The notes under the pieces: model-generated | Databases searched by the model: none | Told to the model about the DNA's origin: nothing | What the model saw: only the letters and a program-made list of their open reading frames with translations | Position numbers and translations under genes: made by a program | Part shown: piece after piece, positions 27,428-36,401 of the stretch | Position numbering within the stretch: the first letter of the stretch is position 1 | Layout: each line of letters opens with the position of its first letter | Source: Patescibacteria group bacterium | GTDB taxonomy: Bacteria > Patescibacteriota > Saccharimonadia > Saccharimonadales > JAZKJC01 | Length of the DNA stretch: 64,000 nt | Direction: 5' to 3' | Assembly: GCA_040384565.1 (NCBI GenBank) | Contig: JAZKJC010000023.1 | Span: 1,481-65,480, forward strand

Positions 27428-29632
27428 TCAGTTTGCGATACCGACCATTGGCTGGCTTAACTGTAAATCTCCAGTCGAACCATAATACCTAGCGTCACCA
27501 TAGGTGAAAATCCCCCCATCGGCACCAACTAACCAATAGCCGTTGCCTAAGGCGGTCTTGGCCATGCCAACAATAGGACGTGCCAATGATAAATTACCTG
27601 CCGAACCGTAGCCAACTGCGTCACCGAACGGGAAGATTCCGCCATCGGCTGCTACTAACCAGTAACCGTTACCTGAGGCTGTCCGCGCCATTCCAACAAC
27701 TGGCGAACGTAACTTAATATTGCCCGTGGAGCCATAGCCTACGGCGTCACCGAACGGGAAGATTCCGCCATCGGCTGCTACTAACCAGTAACCGTTACCT
27801 GAAACTGTTCGCTCCATCCCAACTACCGGCTGAGCTAGACGAATGTTGCCAGTAGATCCATACCCTCCGGCATTACCGAATGGGAAGATGCCCCCATCAG
27901 CGGCAACCAGCCAATAGCCTTGGCCATTAAGTGTGCTTGCCATTCCAACCATGGGTTTGGCCAAATTAATATTTCCAGTTGAGCCCTTGCCTGGGGCGTC
28001 CCCGAATGGGAAGATTCCGCCATCGGCTGCTACGAGCCAATAACCCTCCCGAGTTGGAGTCGCTGAAACCCCCACCATGGGCTTGGTAAGCTTAATGTTT
28101 CCGGTTGAACCGTATCCCCCGGCATCACCAAATGGAAAGATGCCTCCATCCGCGGCTGCTAAAACATAGCCTCCATCCGCTTGGGAAAGAGGAGCACCAT
28201 TGAAGTTAAAAGTTTGCTGAGGGGTAGTCCCCGGCATGGGGTATATATCTAGCTGAATAGTCTCATCTAAGCTAACCCCGCCATCTGTGAGCCGATAAAG
28301 TTCGGTCACAAAATTATCCACAAGGTTACTGCCTTGGTAAGCAAGCACCATTTCGCCGTCAGCAAACCATATGCCGGCATACTCGCATGATTCGCCGGAG
28401 TTTATGGTCCATAGCTCTTGGTGATCAGACCCACGGTAAGCTTTGAGACCTTTAGAAGTAGGTACCAAAATATCATTGCTTGTATGAGAACCAGACAACT
28501 TTACGCTTATCATGCTCGAACGTATAACAGTATTGCTTATTATAAAAGGATATCCCGCTAAGACTGTGCCGTTACTACCATTAACAATGCCTATAGTTGC
28601 ATCCGAAGGGTTAACACTGTTGGTGTGATAAATAATTTCGAGTTCAGGGTCTGCATCCATATTACTTACAATCAAAGAGTAACATGGTGTATTGCTTTGC
28701 CATTTTATGGTGCCATTATAATTAAAAACTCGTAGTTTTTGATTTGTACAGACGACCAACTCATCAGTACCATCACCATCAACATCAGCAGCCAAAGGTT
28801 GTGCAGGTGTTTCCGTACCAAGAGAAGCTTGCCATAATATGGATCCGTTATAGTTAAGGGTGACTACATAGTATTGATCACTACTACCACTCGTTACTCT
28901 GAACTGGCCAATTGTCATTACGTCAGAAAAACCATCACCACTGTAATCGGCAATAACGGAATTATGCAAAAAATGACTATCGCTATAAGGTACGATTGAG
29001 TAGGCTGAGATAGTTTGTGCTAATGCTCCGCTTTTATTCATTCGGTATAAGTTACAGCCTGCTCCTCCAAGCACATCCGGTTGACCATCATGGTCAATAT
29101 CGGCTATTGCTGGTGAGCGCATCTTTGACGCCCCAGAATTTCCGGGGTTACAGTATTCACTGTCACCATACGGTGTTAAGTATTTATCGCCAGAAGAGTA
29201 TTCTATTGCTGTTTTGTAGCTTCTTGGATCGTCACCTGCTTTATGAAAAAGAGATAGACCCAAATCCTCTGTTCCGTCACCATTTAAATCAGCTGCCGAA
29301 TATCCAGACTCATTAACAGCACTTGATGGGTTAGCTACATAGTCTCCTGTTAAGGCTGGTTCTCCAAAGCTATAACCACCAGCTCCATCAGGGTATATGA
29401 TATTCCAGTAAGACCTTAATGAATTTGGAGAGTAGGTGCTGAATAAAACATTATTGTTATAAAATTGGGGGTAGCTTAAAGGCGTAAGACCATTCGTACC
29501 ACTCTGCGGACGATTCGAAGCTAAGAGCTGAACTGCAGAAAGTGCACTAACCTTGGGAAGATATATAGTATTGAGCCCTGTAATGAAAAGGGCACTGATT
29601 ATTAAAAACTTTATTGTTCTATAGAGTGACAT
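27428..29632 (-). CDS. Secreted FG-GAP-repeat protein, tandem paralogue with the same six 42-aa repeats
   Basis: 734 aa; same architecture as 25076-27367. The C-terminal repeat region is nearly identical at protein level, while the N-terminal halves are diverged. Confidence 0.7.
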   Translation of the reverse strand: MSLYRTIKFLIISALFITGLNTIYLPKVSALSAVQLLASNRPQSGTNGLTPLSYPQFYNNNVLFSTYSPNSLRSYWNIIYPDGAGGYSFGEPALTGDYVANPSSAVNESGYSAADLNGDGTEDLGLSLFHKAGDDPRSYKTAIEYSSGDKYLTPYGDSEYCNPGNSGASKMRSPAIADIDHDGQPDVLGGAGCNLYRMNKSGALAQTISAYSIVPYSDSHFLHNSVIADYSGDGFSDVMTIGQFRVTSGSSDQYYVVTLNYNGSILWQASLGTETPAQPLAADVDGDGTDELVVCTNQKLRVFNYNGTIKWQSNTPCYSLIVSNMDADPELEIIYHTNSVNPSDATIGIVNGSNGTVLAGYPFIISNTVIRSSMISVKLSGSHTSNDILVPTSKGLKAYRGSDHQELWTINSGESCEYAGIWFADGEMVLAYQGSNLVDNFVTELYRLTDGGVSLDETIQLDIYPMPGTTPQQTFNFNGAPLSQADGGYVLAAADGGIFPFGDAGGYGSTGNIKLTKPMVGVSATPTREGYWLVAADGGIFPFGDAPGKGSTGNINLAKPMVGMASTLNGQGYWLVAADGGIFPFGNAGGYGSTGNIRLAQPVVGMERTVSGNGYWLVAADGGIFPFGDAVGYGSTGNIKLRSPVVGMARTASGNGYWLVAADGGIFPFGDAVGYGSAGNLSLARPIVGMAKTALGNGYWLVGADGGIFTYGDARYYGSTGDLQLSQPMVGIAN

Positions 29633-29839
29633 TGTTTAGGCTTTTACTCCGACTATTGTAAGCCTATGTATTCTCTAATTACAATGTTTCGAGCGATAAT
29701 ATCTTGGCTACTGCACATATTGCTCGAGCGGCTTCGCCAATTAGTGGCATATGTCACACTTCGCAAAGGGAATGTAATGGTTCCGAATCTAGTAAAGTTT
29801 ACACTTCGGCTTTATGTCCCTGTGGTGTAATCTAAAAAG

Positions 29840-30781
29840 ATGGCTAAAATTCTAGTGACCGGAGTTAATGGATTTGTTGGACACCACTTGGTGCGTGAAT
29901 TAAAATCTCAGGGCTTTTCTGTTGTGGGAGCGGGGCGCGAGCCTGAAGTATCAGTTGAGATAAAAGAGTTACTGGAACAGTATTTTGTATGTGAACTAAC
30001 CGAAAAGGCTGATGTTCAGAAGCTACCTTTAGGTGAAATTGCGGGCATAATAAATCTAGCCGGTCTGGCGGCAGTAGGCCCGTCTTTTGATAACCCTGAC
30101 TTATATATGAGGATTAATACTGCGGTTCTTTCTGTTATATGCGAGGAAATTCTAGCACGTGGTCTGGAAAGTAATATTCGTATTGTGGCAGTAAGTAGTG
30201 GCGCCGTATATGACTCCAACCAACAAATGCCTTTAACGGAAATCTCAAAAGTCAATCCTAGCTCCTCGCCTTATACCGCCAGCAAACTGGCTATGGAAGA
30301 CGTTGCAAAAGATTACCGTTCTAAAGGGCTTGATTGCATCGTCGCACGGCCACTTAATCATATTGGCCCCGGACAAGGTGAAGGATTTTTGCTACCAGAT
30401 CTGTACGCCAAAATTAGCTCATCAATAGCTTCCGGGCAACCTTTGCGTGTGGGCAAACTTACCACTAAACGTGACTATACAGATGTGCGCGATGTTACCA
30501 AAGCTTATGTAGCCCTAATGATGGCAGATAATTTGGTTAGCACTACCTACAATATTTGCAGCGGTGTCGCCCGTTCAGGAGAAGAAGTACTGGGAGCACT
30601 AAAGTCAGCCCTAGAACAGCCTAATGTGGAAACAATAGTAGACGAAAGCCTGTTCCGCCCCTCTGACGCCCCAGAGCTTTATGGCAGCAATGAACGTATC
30701 AACAAAGAAACAGGCTGGAAACCTATGATTCCTTTTGGAAAAACAGTTCAGGATTTTGTAGCCTGGAAAAAACTTAGCTAA
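29840..30781 (+). CDS. NAD(P)-dependent SDR epimerase/reductase (GDP-4-keto-6-deoxymannose reductase-like)
   Basis: 313 aa; Rossmann VTGVNGFVGHHL, catalytic YTASK. The specific substrate is inferred only from the neighbouring gmd/manC genes. Confidence 0.7.
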   Translation: MAKILVTGVNGFVGHHLVRELKSQGFSVVGAGREPEVSVEIKELLEQYFVCELTEKADVQKLPLGEIAGIINLAGLAAVGPSFDNPDLYMRINTAVLSVICEEILARGLESNIRIVAVSSGAVYDSNQQMPLTEISKVNPSSSPYTASKLAMEDVAKDYRSKGLDCIVARPLNHIGPGQGEGFLLPDLYAKISSSIASGQPLRVGKLTTKRDYTDVRDVTKAYVALMMADNLVSTTYNICSGVARSGEEVLGALKSALEQPNVETIVDESLFRPSDAPELYGSNERINKETGWKPMIPFGKTVQDFVAWKKLS

Positions 30782-30939
30782 CGCCAAACATAATGTATGT
30801 CAGATATGTCATTTGCAATACTTACTTAAGCATTATAATGTAAGAACCCTTAGGGTTTTTATCATGGTTGTAGTTAGGAGTACTACTTCTGTTTAGAGTA
30901 AAGAAATTATACCTAGTCCTTTTTTTAGCACTCTGCATC

Positions 30940-32979
30940 GTGCTCTTTGGTATGTTTGCTGGCAATAATAAACCCAAGCCAGTTCCTGTTGAAATTAAAA
31001 CAAGCACGCTAAATAACGTTTCAGACAACGGGCGTATTGCTGAAGGCGAGAACATTAGGCCTGAACCCAAAACTATACAAACTGAGTCTAAGCTTGTATT
31101 TGAATCCAAAGAAATCGTGACTCAATCTGAAACAGCAAACTCGGCTGTTCTTAAATGGGATCAGATTACACCCCCTGCTCAAACAGATTCAGAAAGTCAC
31201 TCTACTTCTTATGCCTTAGTCCAGTTCAGAACTTTCAATGGCAAAGAATGGTCAGATTGGGTGGACGCGCCAAGCCCAGAAGATCGTAAAGATGGCACAG
31301 AGGCACCGCATAATGCGTTGGTGCTAGCAGACGTTATTAAGGGTATACAGTACCGTTTTGTTTTAGAAGGAAAGGCCCAGCAACCGTCGCCTGAGATCAA
31401 TCTAGATAGCACCTCGATTGAGCTTATAGACACTACCCAAGGACCATCACTAAACGAACAAAATAAACAAAGTCTACTGCAAAAAGTTCATAAATATTTA
31501 GGTTCGGGCAGTACTCAAGCTAAATCCGACAGTCCGTATATATATAACCGGGCACAGTGGGGTAGCCCAGAGCCATATAACTCTCCAGCCTGGGACCCAG
31601 AATATGAACCACTCCACAGAGTAACAATTCACCACACCGCCACAACATTTACTCCTGATTCATTTGCTGCCATGCGTTCTATTTGGCAGTTTCACACATA
31701 CACTAACGGCTGGGGTGACATTGGCTATAACTACGTGGTTGATTCCAGGGGCAATATGTTCCAAGGACGTTTTTACGATTACGCAGAAGCGGCGCGTCTA
31801 AAGGGGGAGGTAGTAGGTGCGCACGCTTACGAGCACAATCGTGGAACTAGTGGTATCGCCGTAATAGGTAACTTCACTTCATCGGACCCATCAAATGATG
31901 TTTTTTACTCTGTTGCCCGTCTAGCCGCATTCAAGGCTGCTCCTTATGATTTTAATCCGGCGGGCAGCAGCTGGTTTGGGCAACATTTAATTGGCCATAG
32001 AGACGTCAACAGCACGTCTTGCCCTGGGCAGAAACTTTATGACCGCTTGCAAGAAGTACGAAATTTGGCAAGCACGTACTATCCTACCTATAACAGCATG
32101 GAACATCTGGACACTGTCTATAAGGGCCAAGGGTTCAATGATATCCAGAGATCGCAAGTACTTATATGGCCTGGTACCACTGGAACCGCCTTTATAGATA
32201 TACAAAATAATGGCACTGAGACATGGAATAATAATGGTTTTGGAGCAATTATGCTGGGTACCGATGCGCCACGTGATCGGGCAAGCCTGTTTTGCGACAG
32301 TTCATGGCTAGGTTCGAATTGTGACCGTCCATCCACATTTAAGAATAAGGTTCTGACTGATGCGAATGGCGTACGGACATTACAGCCTACGAACACTATT
32401 GCACCCGGAGAAATAGCTCGCTTTCAATTCCAAGTACGGGCTCCCATGCAAAGCCAAACATATAGAGAGCAGTTCCATTTATTATCCGCTAACCGCACAT
32501 GGTTCTTGCGCAATAGAGGCATCTACTTCGACTTTATAGTCCCGCCGCCGTTTTACGCCTGGGAATGGCAAACTCAGGGCATCTATACAGACCAAACCAC
32601 TAGTGTGCCGGTAGATATAAATAATGTCCGGGCAGGCCAACGAGTATATTTCCAGCTTAAGGGAGAAAATACTGGTAACCAACCATGGCTACGGGATGGT
32701 CCGAATCCTACACGGCTGGCAACAAATAGACCTCAGGATAAATATAGTTGGTTATGCGATCCTACATGGGTAAATAGTACTCACTGTAATCGAGCCGCTG
32801 CGCTTACGGAAACTCGCGTGGAGCCTGGCCAAATTGGTACTTTTGGCTTCTGGGGAAGAATTCCTTATGGCGGTCCTGGTGATGCAGTATTGCGAGAATA
32901 CTTTAATCTGACACTTGAGAGCAAAGCGTGGTTAAATGATGTGGGCCAATACTGGGAATTCACCGTTCGAAACCCATAG
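30940..32979 (+). CDS. N-acetylmuramoyl-L-alanine amidase (Amidase_2/PGRP type) with two C-terminal Ig-like repeats
   Basis: 679 aa; VTIHHTAT, WGDIGYNYVVD, GAHA..HNRGTSGIAVIGNF, IGHRDVNSTSCPG. The in-frame upstream sequence encodes a hydrophobic anchor but has no ATG/GTG/TTG (see findings). Confidence 0.8.
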   Translation: MLFGMFAGNNKPKPVPVEIKTSTLNNVSDNGRIAEGENIRPEPKTIQTESKLVFESKEIVTQSETANSAVLKWDQITPPAQTDSESHSTSYALVQFRTFNGKEWSDWVDAPSPEDRKDGTEAPHNALVLADVIKGIQYRFVLEGKAQQPSPEINLDSTSIELIDTTQGPSLNEQNKQSLLQKVHKYLGSGSTQAKSDSPYIYNRAQWGSPEPYNSPAWDPEYEPLHRVTIHHTATTFTPDSFAAMRSIWQFHTYTNGWGDIGYNYVVDSRGNMFQGRFYDYAEAARLKGEVVGAHAYEHNRGTSGIAVIGNFTSSDPSNDVFYSVARLAAFKAAPYDFNPAGSSWFGQHLIGHRDVNSTSCPGQKLYDRLQEVRNLASTYYPTYNSMEHLDTVYKGQGFNDIQRSQVLIWPGTTGTAFIDIQNNGTETWNNNGFGAIMLGTDAPRDRASLFCDSSWLGSNCDRPSTFKNKVLTDANGVRTLQPTNTIAPGEIARFQFQVRAPMQSQTYREQFHLLSANRTWFLRNRGIYFDFIVPPPFYAWEWQTQGIYTDQTTSVPVDINNVRAGQRVYFQLKGENTGNQPWLRDGPNPTRLATNRPQDKYSWLCDPTWVNSTHCNRAAALTETRVEPGQIGTFGFWGRIPYGGPGDAVLREYFNLTLESKAWLNDVGQYWEFTVRNP

Positions 32980-33003
32980 CTAACTTCAGCTCGCTAGTTT
33001 ATC

Positions 33004-33201
33004 TTAAGCTTCGAGTTTAAGGTCGTTTTCTACCATCATTTTGACTAAGCCTGGGAAGTCGACTTGGCGCTTCCAGCCTAGTTTTTGTTCGGCTTTGGTT
33101 GGATCGCCTAGAAGTAGATCTACTTCTGCGGGGCGCATGAACTCGGGGTCTTGGCGGACGTATGGCTTCCAATCATCTATGCCCTCTCCTGATCTGGCCA
33201 A
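33004..33201 (-). pseudogene. Duplicated 3' fragment of gmd
   Basis: 33020-33183 is 159/164 identical (counted by eye) to 34066-34229. It encodes WKPYVRQDPEFMRPAEVDLLLGDPTKAEQKLGW, the same as the gmd C-terminus. Confidence 0.85.
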
Positions 33202-33334
33202 GTAACCCCAAGGATTTATACGGCAGCAGCCAGCGCTTGCATAACCAAACCGGCTAGCAGCCCACTATATCAATTAAGCAAACAATTAGTGATTTCGTAA
33301 TCCAAACTATATAATCGATAATCAGGAGTCTAAG

Positions 33335-34027
33335 ATGCATAAAAAAGAGTCTGGCTTTAGTGCTATAGAGGGTTTGCTAATAATAATTATTCTTGGGATG
33401 TTAGGACTAGTCAGCTGGTATGTATATAGGTCTACACACGCCACAAAGTCTACTTCTAATACTTCTGTTACAGATGCCCCCAGTCAAACCAATTTGCCAA
33501 GCGCTCCAAAATATGAAACTAAAACTTTCACTGACAGCAGCGGTAACTACAGTGTAGCTTACCCGGCCACTTGGGCAATTGCAGAATTACCAGAGCAGAG
33601 TGCCGGCTTTGCCCCACCTGTGGATGAAATTAAAGGCATCAGAATTGTGCCGCCTGACGCATCAACTCTTAATATCAATAGCCCCTTAGGTTTAATGAAT
33701 AAGAATGGCGTGAGTGTGTCTGCATTAAAGGGGTCTCTACAGGACCTTAAACAGCGCCTCACAAATGCAGAGCTGGGCGTCAGCCCTGACACTGAACCGT
33801 ATCCAAGCCAAGACTTAACTATTAACGGCTACAGCGCATCATTCTACCAAATCGAGAAAGCTGGCTACGCTGACCAATTCTATTTAATTAATCATGGCGG
33901 CATAACAGTTAAGGTGGACTTTAGATTAAAGCAAGCAGCAGGTCTGGCAGGAGTAACTGAATTCGATGAATCTAAAAATATCCCTTACTTTCAAGAGATC
34001 GCTAAATCAATAAAGTTTCTAAAATAA
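33335..34027 (+). CDS. Type IV pilin-like protein (prepilin-type N-terminal motif)
   Basis: 230 aa; KKESGFSAIEGLLIIIILGML has G/F at the cleavage site, Glu at +5 and a hydrophobic helix. Confidence 0.65.
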   Translation: MHKKESGFSAIEGLLIIIILGMLGLVSWYVYRSTHATKSTSNTSVTDAPSQTNLPSAPKYETKTFTDSSGNYSVAYPATWAIAELPEQSAGFAPPVDEIKGIRIVPPDASTLNINSPLGLMNKNGVSVSALKGSLQDLKQRLTNAELGVSPDTEPYPSQDLTINGYSASFYQIEKAGYADQFYLINHGGITVKVDFRLKQAAGLAGVTEFDESKNIPYFQEIAKSIKFLK

Positions 34028-34037
34028 TTAAGCCTTT

Positions 34038-35030
34038 TTAGTCTTTGCTGGGAGCTTCTAGGCCGAGGTCGTTTTCTACCATCATTTTGACTAGGCCTGG
34101 GAAGTCAACTTGGCGCTCCCAGCCTAGTTTTTGTTCGGCTTTGGTTGGATCGCCTAGAAGTAGATCTACTTCTGCGGGGCGCATGAACTCGGGGTCTTGG
34201 CGGACGTACGGCTTCCAATTATCTATGCCGATTTCTTTGAAAGCAAGATTCAGAAATTCCTGTATAGAATGCGTTTCGCCAGTTGCCAAGACATAATCCT
34301 CCGGCTTGTCCTGCTGCAGCATCCGCCACATACCCTCTACATAGTCTCCGGCGTAGCCCCAGTCCCGCTTGGGATCTAGGCTGCCTAGGACAATTTCTTT
34401 CTGCTTACCCAGCTTGATTCGGGCAACAGAGTTGCTGATTTTACGTGTCACAAATTCCAAGCCGCGGCGCGGACCCTCGTGGTTAAACAATATGCCGCTG
34501 CAGGCAAACATGTCATAGCTTTCACGGTAGTTAACGGTAATCCAGTGTCCGTATAGTTTGGCAACACCGTAGGGGCTGCGCGGGTGAAAGGCAGACTCTT
34601 CGTTGTAGCCTTTTTCTGGCCGGTTATAATCGAGCCCGCCAAACATTTCTGAAGTGGATGCTTGGTAAAACCTGATTGTTTTTTCACCACCGCTCAACCG
34701 GACCGCTTCCAGCATATTTAGCACGCCCTTGCCGGTGATTTCTGCCGTCAGAATTGGGTCTTTAAAAGAGTAGCCAACATGGCTAACAGCACCTAAGTTA
34801 TACACTTCATCCGGCTTAGACACTTCTATGGCTCTGATGAGTGAGGACAAATCTGTAAGGTCGGCTTCAATAAGTTTGACAAAGGGCAGCAGTTCTTCTG
34901 TCAGCCGCCGGCGCGGATTTTGTTGCCCCCGCATGATTCCGTATACTTCGTAACCTTTTTGGTGCAGTAATTCTGCTAGGTGTGAACCATCCTGACCTGT
35001 AATACCTGTGACTAGAGCGCTTTTAGCCAT
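34038..35030 (-). CDS. gmd: GDP-mannose 4,6-dehydratase
   Basis: The track ORF runs to 35063, but the likely start is MAKSALVTGITGQDGSHLAELL at 35030. The protein is a strong Gmd pattern throughout (YGVAKLYGHW, LFNHEGPRRG). Confidence 0.9.
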   Translation of the reverse strand: MAKSALVTGITGQDGSHLAELLHQKGYEVYGIMRGQQNPRRRLTEELLPFVKLIEADLTDLSSLIRAIEVSKPDEVYNLGAVSHVGYSFKDPILTAEITGKGVLNMLEAVRLSGGEKTIRFYQASTSEMFGGLDYNRPEKGYNEESAFHPRSPYGVAKLYGHWITVNYRESYDMFACSGILFNHEGPRRGLEFVTRKISNSVARIKLGKQKEIVLGSLDPKRDWGYAGDYVEGMWRMLQQDKPEDYVLATGETHSIQEFLNLAFKEIGIDNWKPYVRQDPEFMRPAEVDLLLGDPTKAEQKLGWERQVDFPGLVKMMVENDLGLEAPSKD

Positions 35031-36390
35031 TAAATCCCCTTTTAGTTTGCTTTCGTTCTGCAATTATACCGGGTTGCATGGCTTTTTGCACCTTGCCGGA
35101 TCTTGTTATTGTAGATGCGCCTAGGCAAAAACCTGCCAGTAACCACCATTGTGCCGCTACGGCCTCGTTAGTCCAAAGATGCATGAGCAATGCCATCAAA
35201 GCATAAGCTATCGACGTAGCCAGTAGGGCAACTTCCAATATGCCAGGTTCTTTGCGGTAAAGCGTCCATAGCACTATAGCCAACAAAGCCATAAACAAAA
35301 CTAGGCCTGCTATCCCAACTTCATGGGCAATCTGAACGTAATAATTCTCGGTCAAATAACTCCCGTTTTTGTTTTGGATAGAAACAATACCGGCGGTACC
35401 TGGCCCATGCCCTAATGGTTTGTTCTGGATGCCTCCTACACCTTTTTTTATGAACTCTACATGCAGATCGTTTGAATCCAGTTGAGCGGTAGTTGTTTCG
35501 TCACTATGAAAAATCACATTCTGAATAAAGTACTGGTCTCTGAGCAAGAAAGCCCCCGCAATAATAGTTACTAGGCCAAGCGCCAGGAATGGCCAAAAAC
35601 GACGCGTTGTTTTAATGATTTGGGACTTAAACTTTAACCCCAGAGCAAGGCTAAGGGCAATAATTGCGCCTGCCCAAGCCGCTCTGGAAAAGGTCAGCAG
35701 TAACGTCAAAATGTGCAAACCAAACAGACCCAACAATAACGTCCTGGCATTTTTGTTTTGCCATTTCTGCAATAGAAAAAGGGTAATAATAGTTAGCGGC
35801 ACTAACAAAAACGCGCCAAGAGAATTGGGATCACGAAGCGTTGACATGACACGCGGCAAATCAGGCTTATCATCAATAAAGAAGATCGGCTTAACCCCAC
35901 GTTCCACCGAATACCCAAAATGCGTCAGCAAATCTTTGGGCAATAAATACTGGGCAACCCCAAACACGCACACGATAGTACTAACAACCAATACTATTTT
36001 CATTAGTTTTGTCTGGTCAATTTGTTTTGGCATCAGATACGCCACAGCCATGCCAATCAACAAAAACCAAAACAGCCGGGTATTATATACGGTCGCCAAC
36101 CCCGCAACCTGCCAAGTAGTATCGCGGTTAAGGGAATAAACCAGCAGATGCAATAAGCCGTAAGTTATTGCCAGTAAAAGCAGCTTTACGTAAAGGGGCG
36201 GCTTTTGGCGGCGTGACATCAGCCCAAGGGAGATTATTAGCACCAAAAAAGCAAAGATGTCTTTGGCTATTTTCCACCCGCTTAAGCCCCCGGTTGCCAG
36301 GCTCAGCCACTGCGACCAAAAAATATGGAAAGGCATGTAGGCAAGTAAAGCTATCATGCCGTAGTACGGAATTCTGCGTAAAGTTATCAT
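35023..36390 (-). CDS. O-antigen ligase/polymerase-family (Wzy_C-like) membrane protein
   Basis: 455 aa, more than 10 TM segments; LLTFSRAAWAGAIIAL loop motif typical of the family. Confidence 0.6.
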   Translation of the reverse strand: MITLRRIPYYGMIALLAYMPFHIFWSQWLSLATGGLSGWKIAKDIFAFLVLIISLGLMSRRQKPPLYVKLLLLAITYGLLHLLVYSLNRDTTWQVAGLATVYNTRLFWFLLIGMAVAYLMPKQIDQTKLMKIVLVVSTIVCVFGVAQYLLPKDLLTHFGYSVERGVKPIFFIDDKPDLPRVMSTLRDPNSLGAFLLVPLTIITLFLLQKWQNKNARTLLLGLFGLHILTLLLTFSRAAWAGAIIALSLALGLKFKSQIIKTTRRFWPFLALGLVTIIAGAFLLRDQYFIQNVIFHSDETTTAQLDSNDLHVEFIKKGVGGIQNKPLGHGPGTAGIVSIQNKNGSYLTENYYVQIAHEVGIAGLVLFMALLAIVLWTLYRKEPGILEVALLATSIAYALMALLMHLWTNEAVAAQWWLLAGFCLGASTITRSGKVQKAMQPGIIAERKQTKRGFNG

Positions 36391-36401
36391 TGTCTATATA
36401 A

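Noticed and set aside
25076-28170. A diversity-generating retroelement. Avd-like four-helix-bundle genes plus highly repetitive C-terminal coding repeats could suggest template/variable repeat pairs.
   Set aside because: No reverse transcriptase gene is in the window. Differences between the repeat copies are spread over all four bases and are mostly synonymous, not confined to adenine positions as in DGR TR/VR pairs.
32295-32312. A GGTTCGAAT string resembling a tRNA T-arm.
   Set aside because: It lies inside the amidase coding frame, with no acceptor or anticodon stem around it. I recognised no tRNA, rRNA, tmRNA or RNase P RNA in the window.
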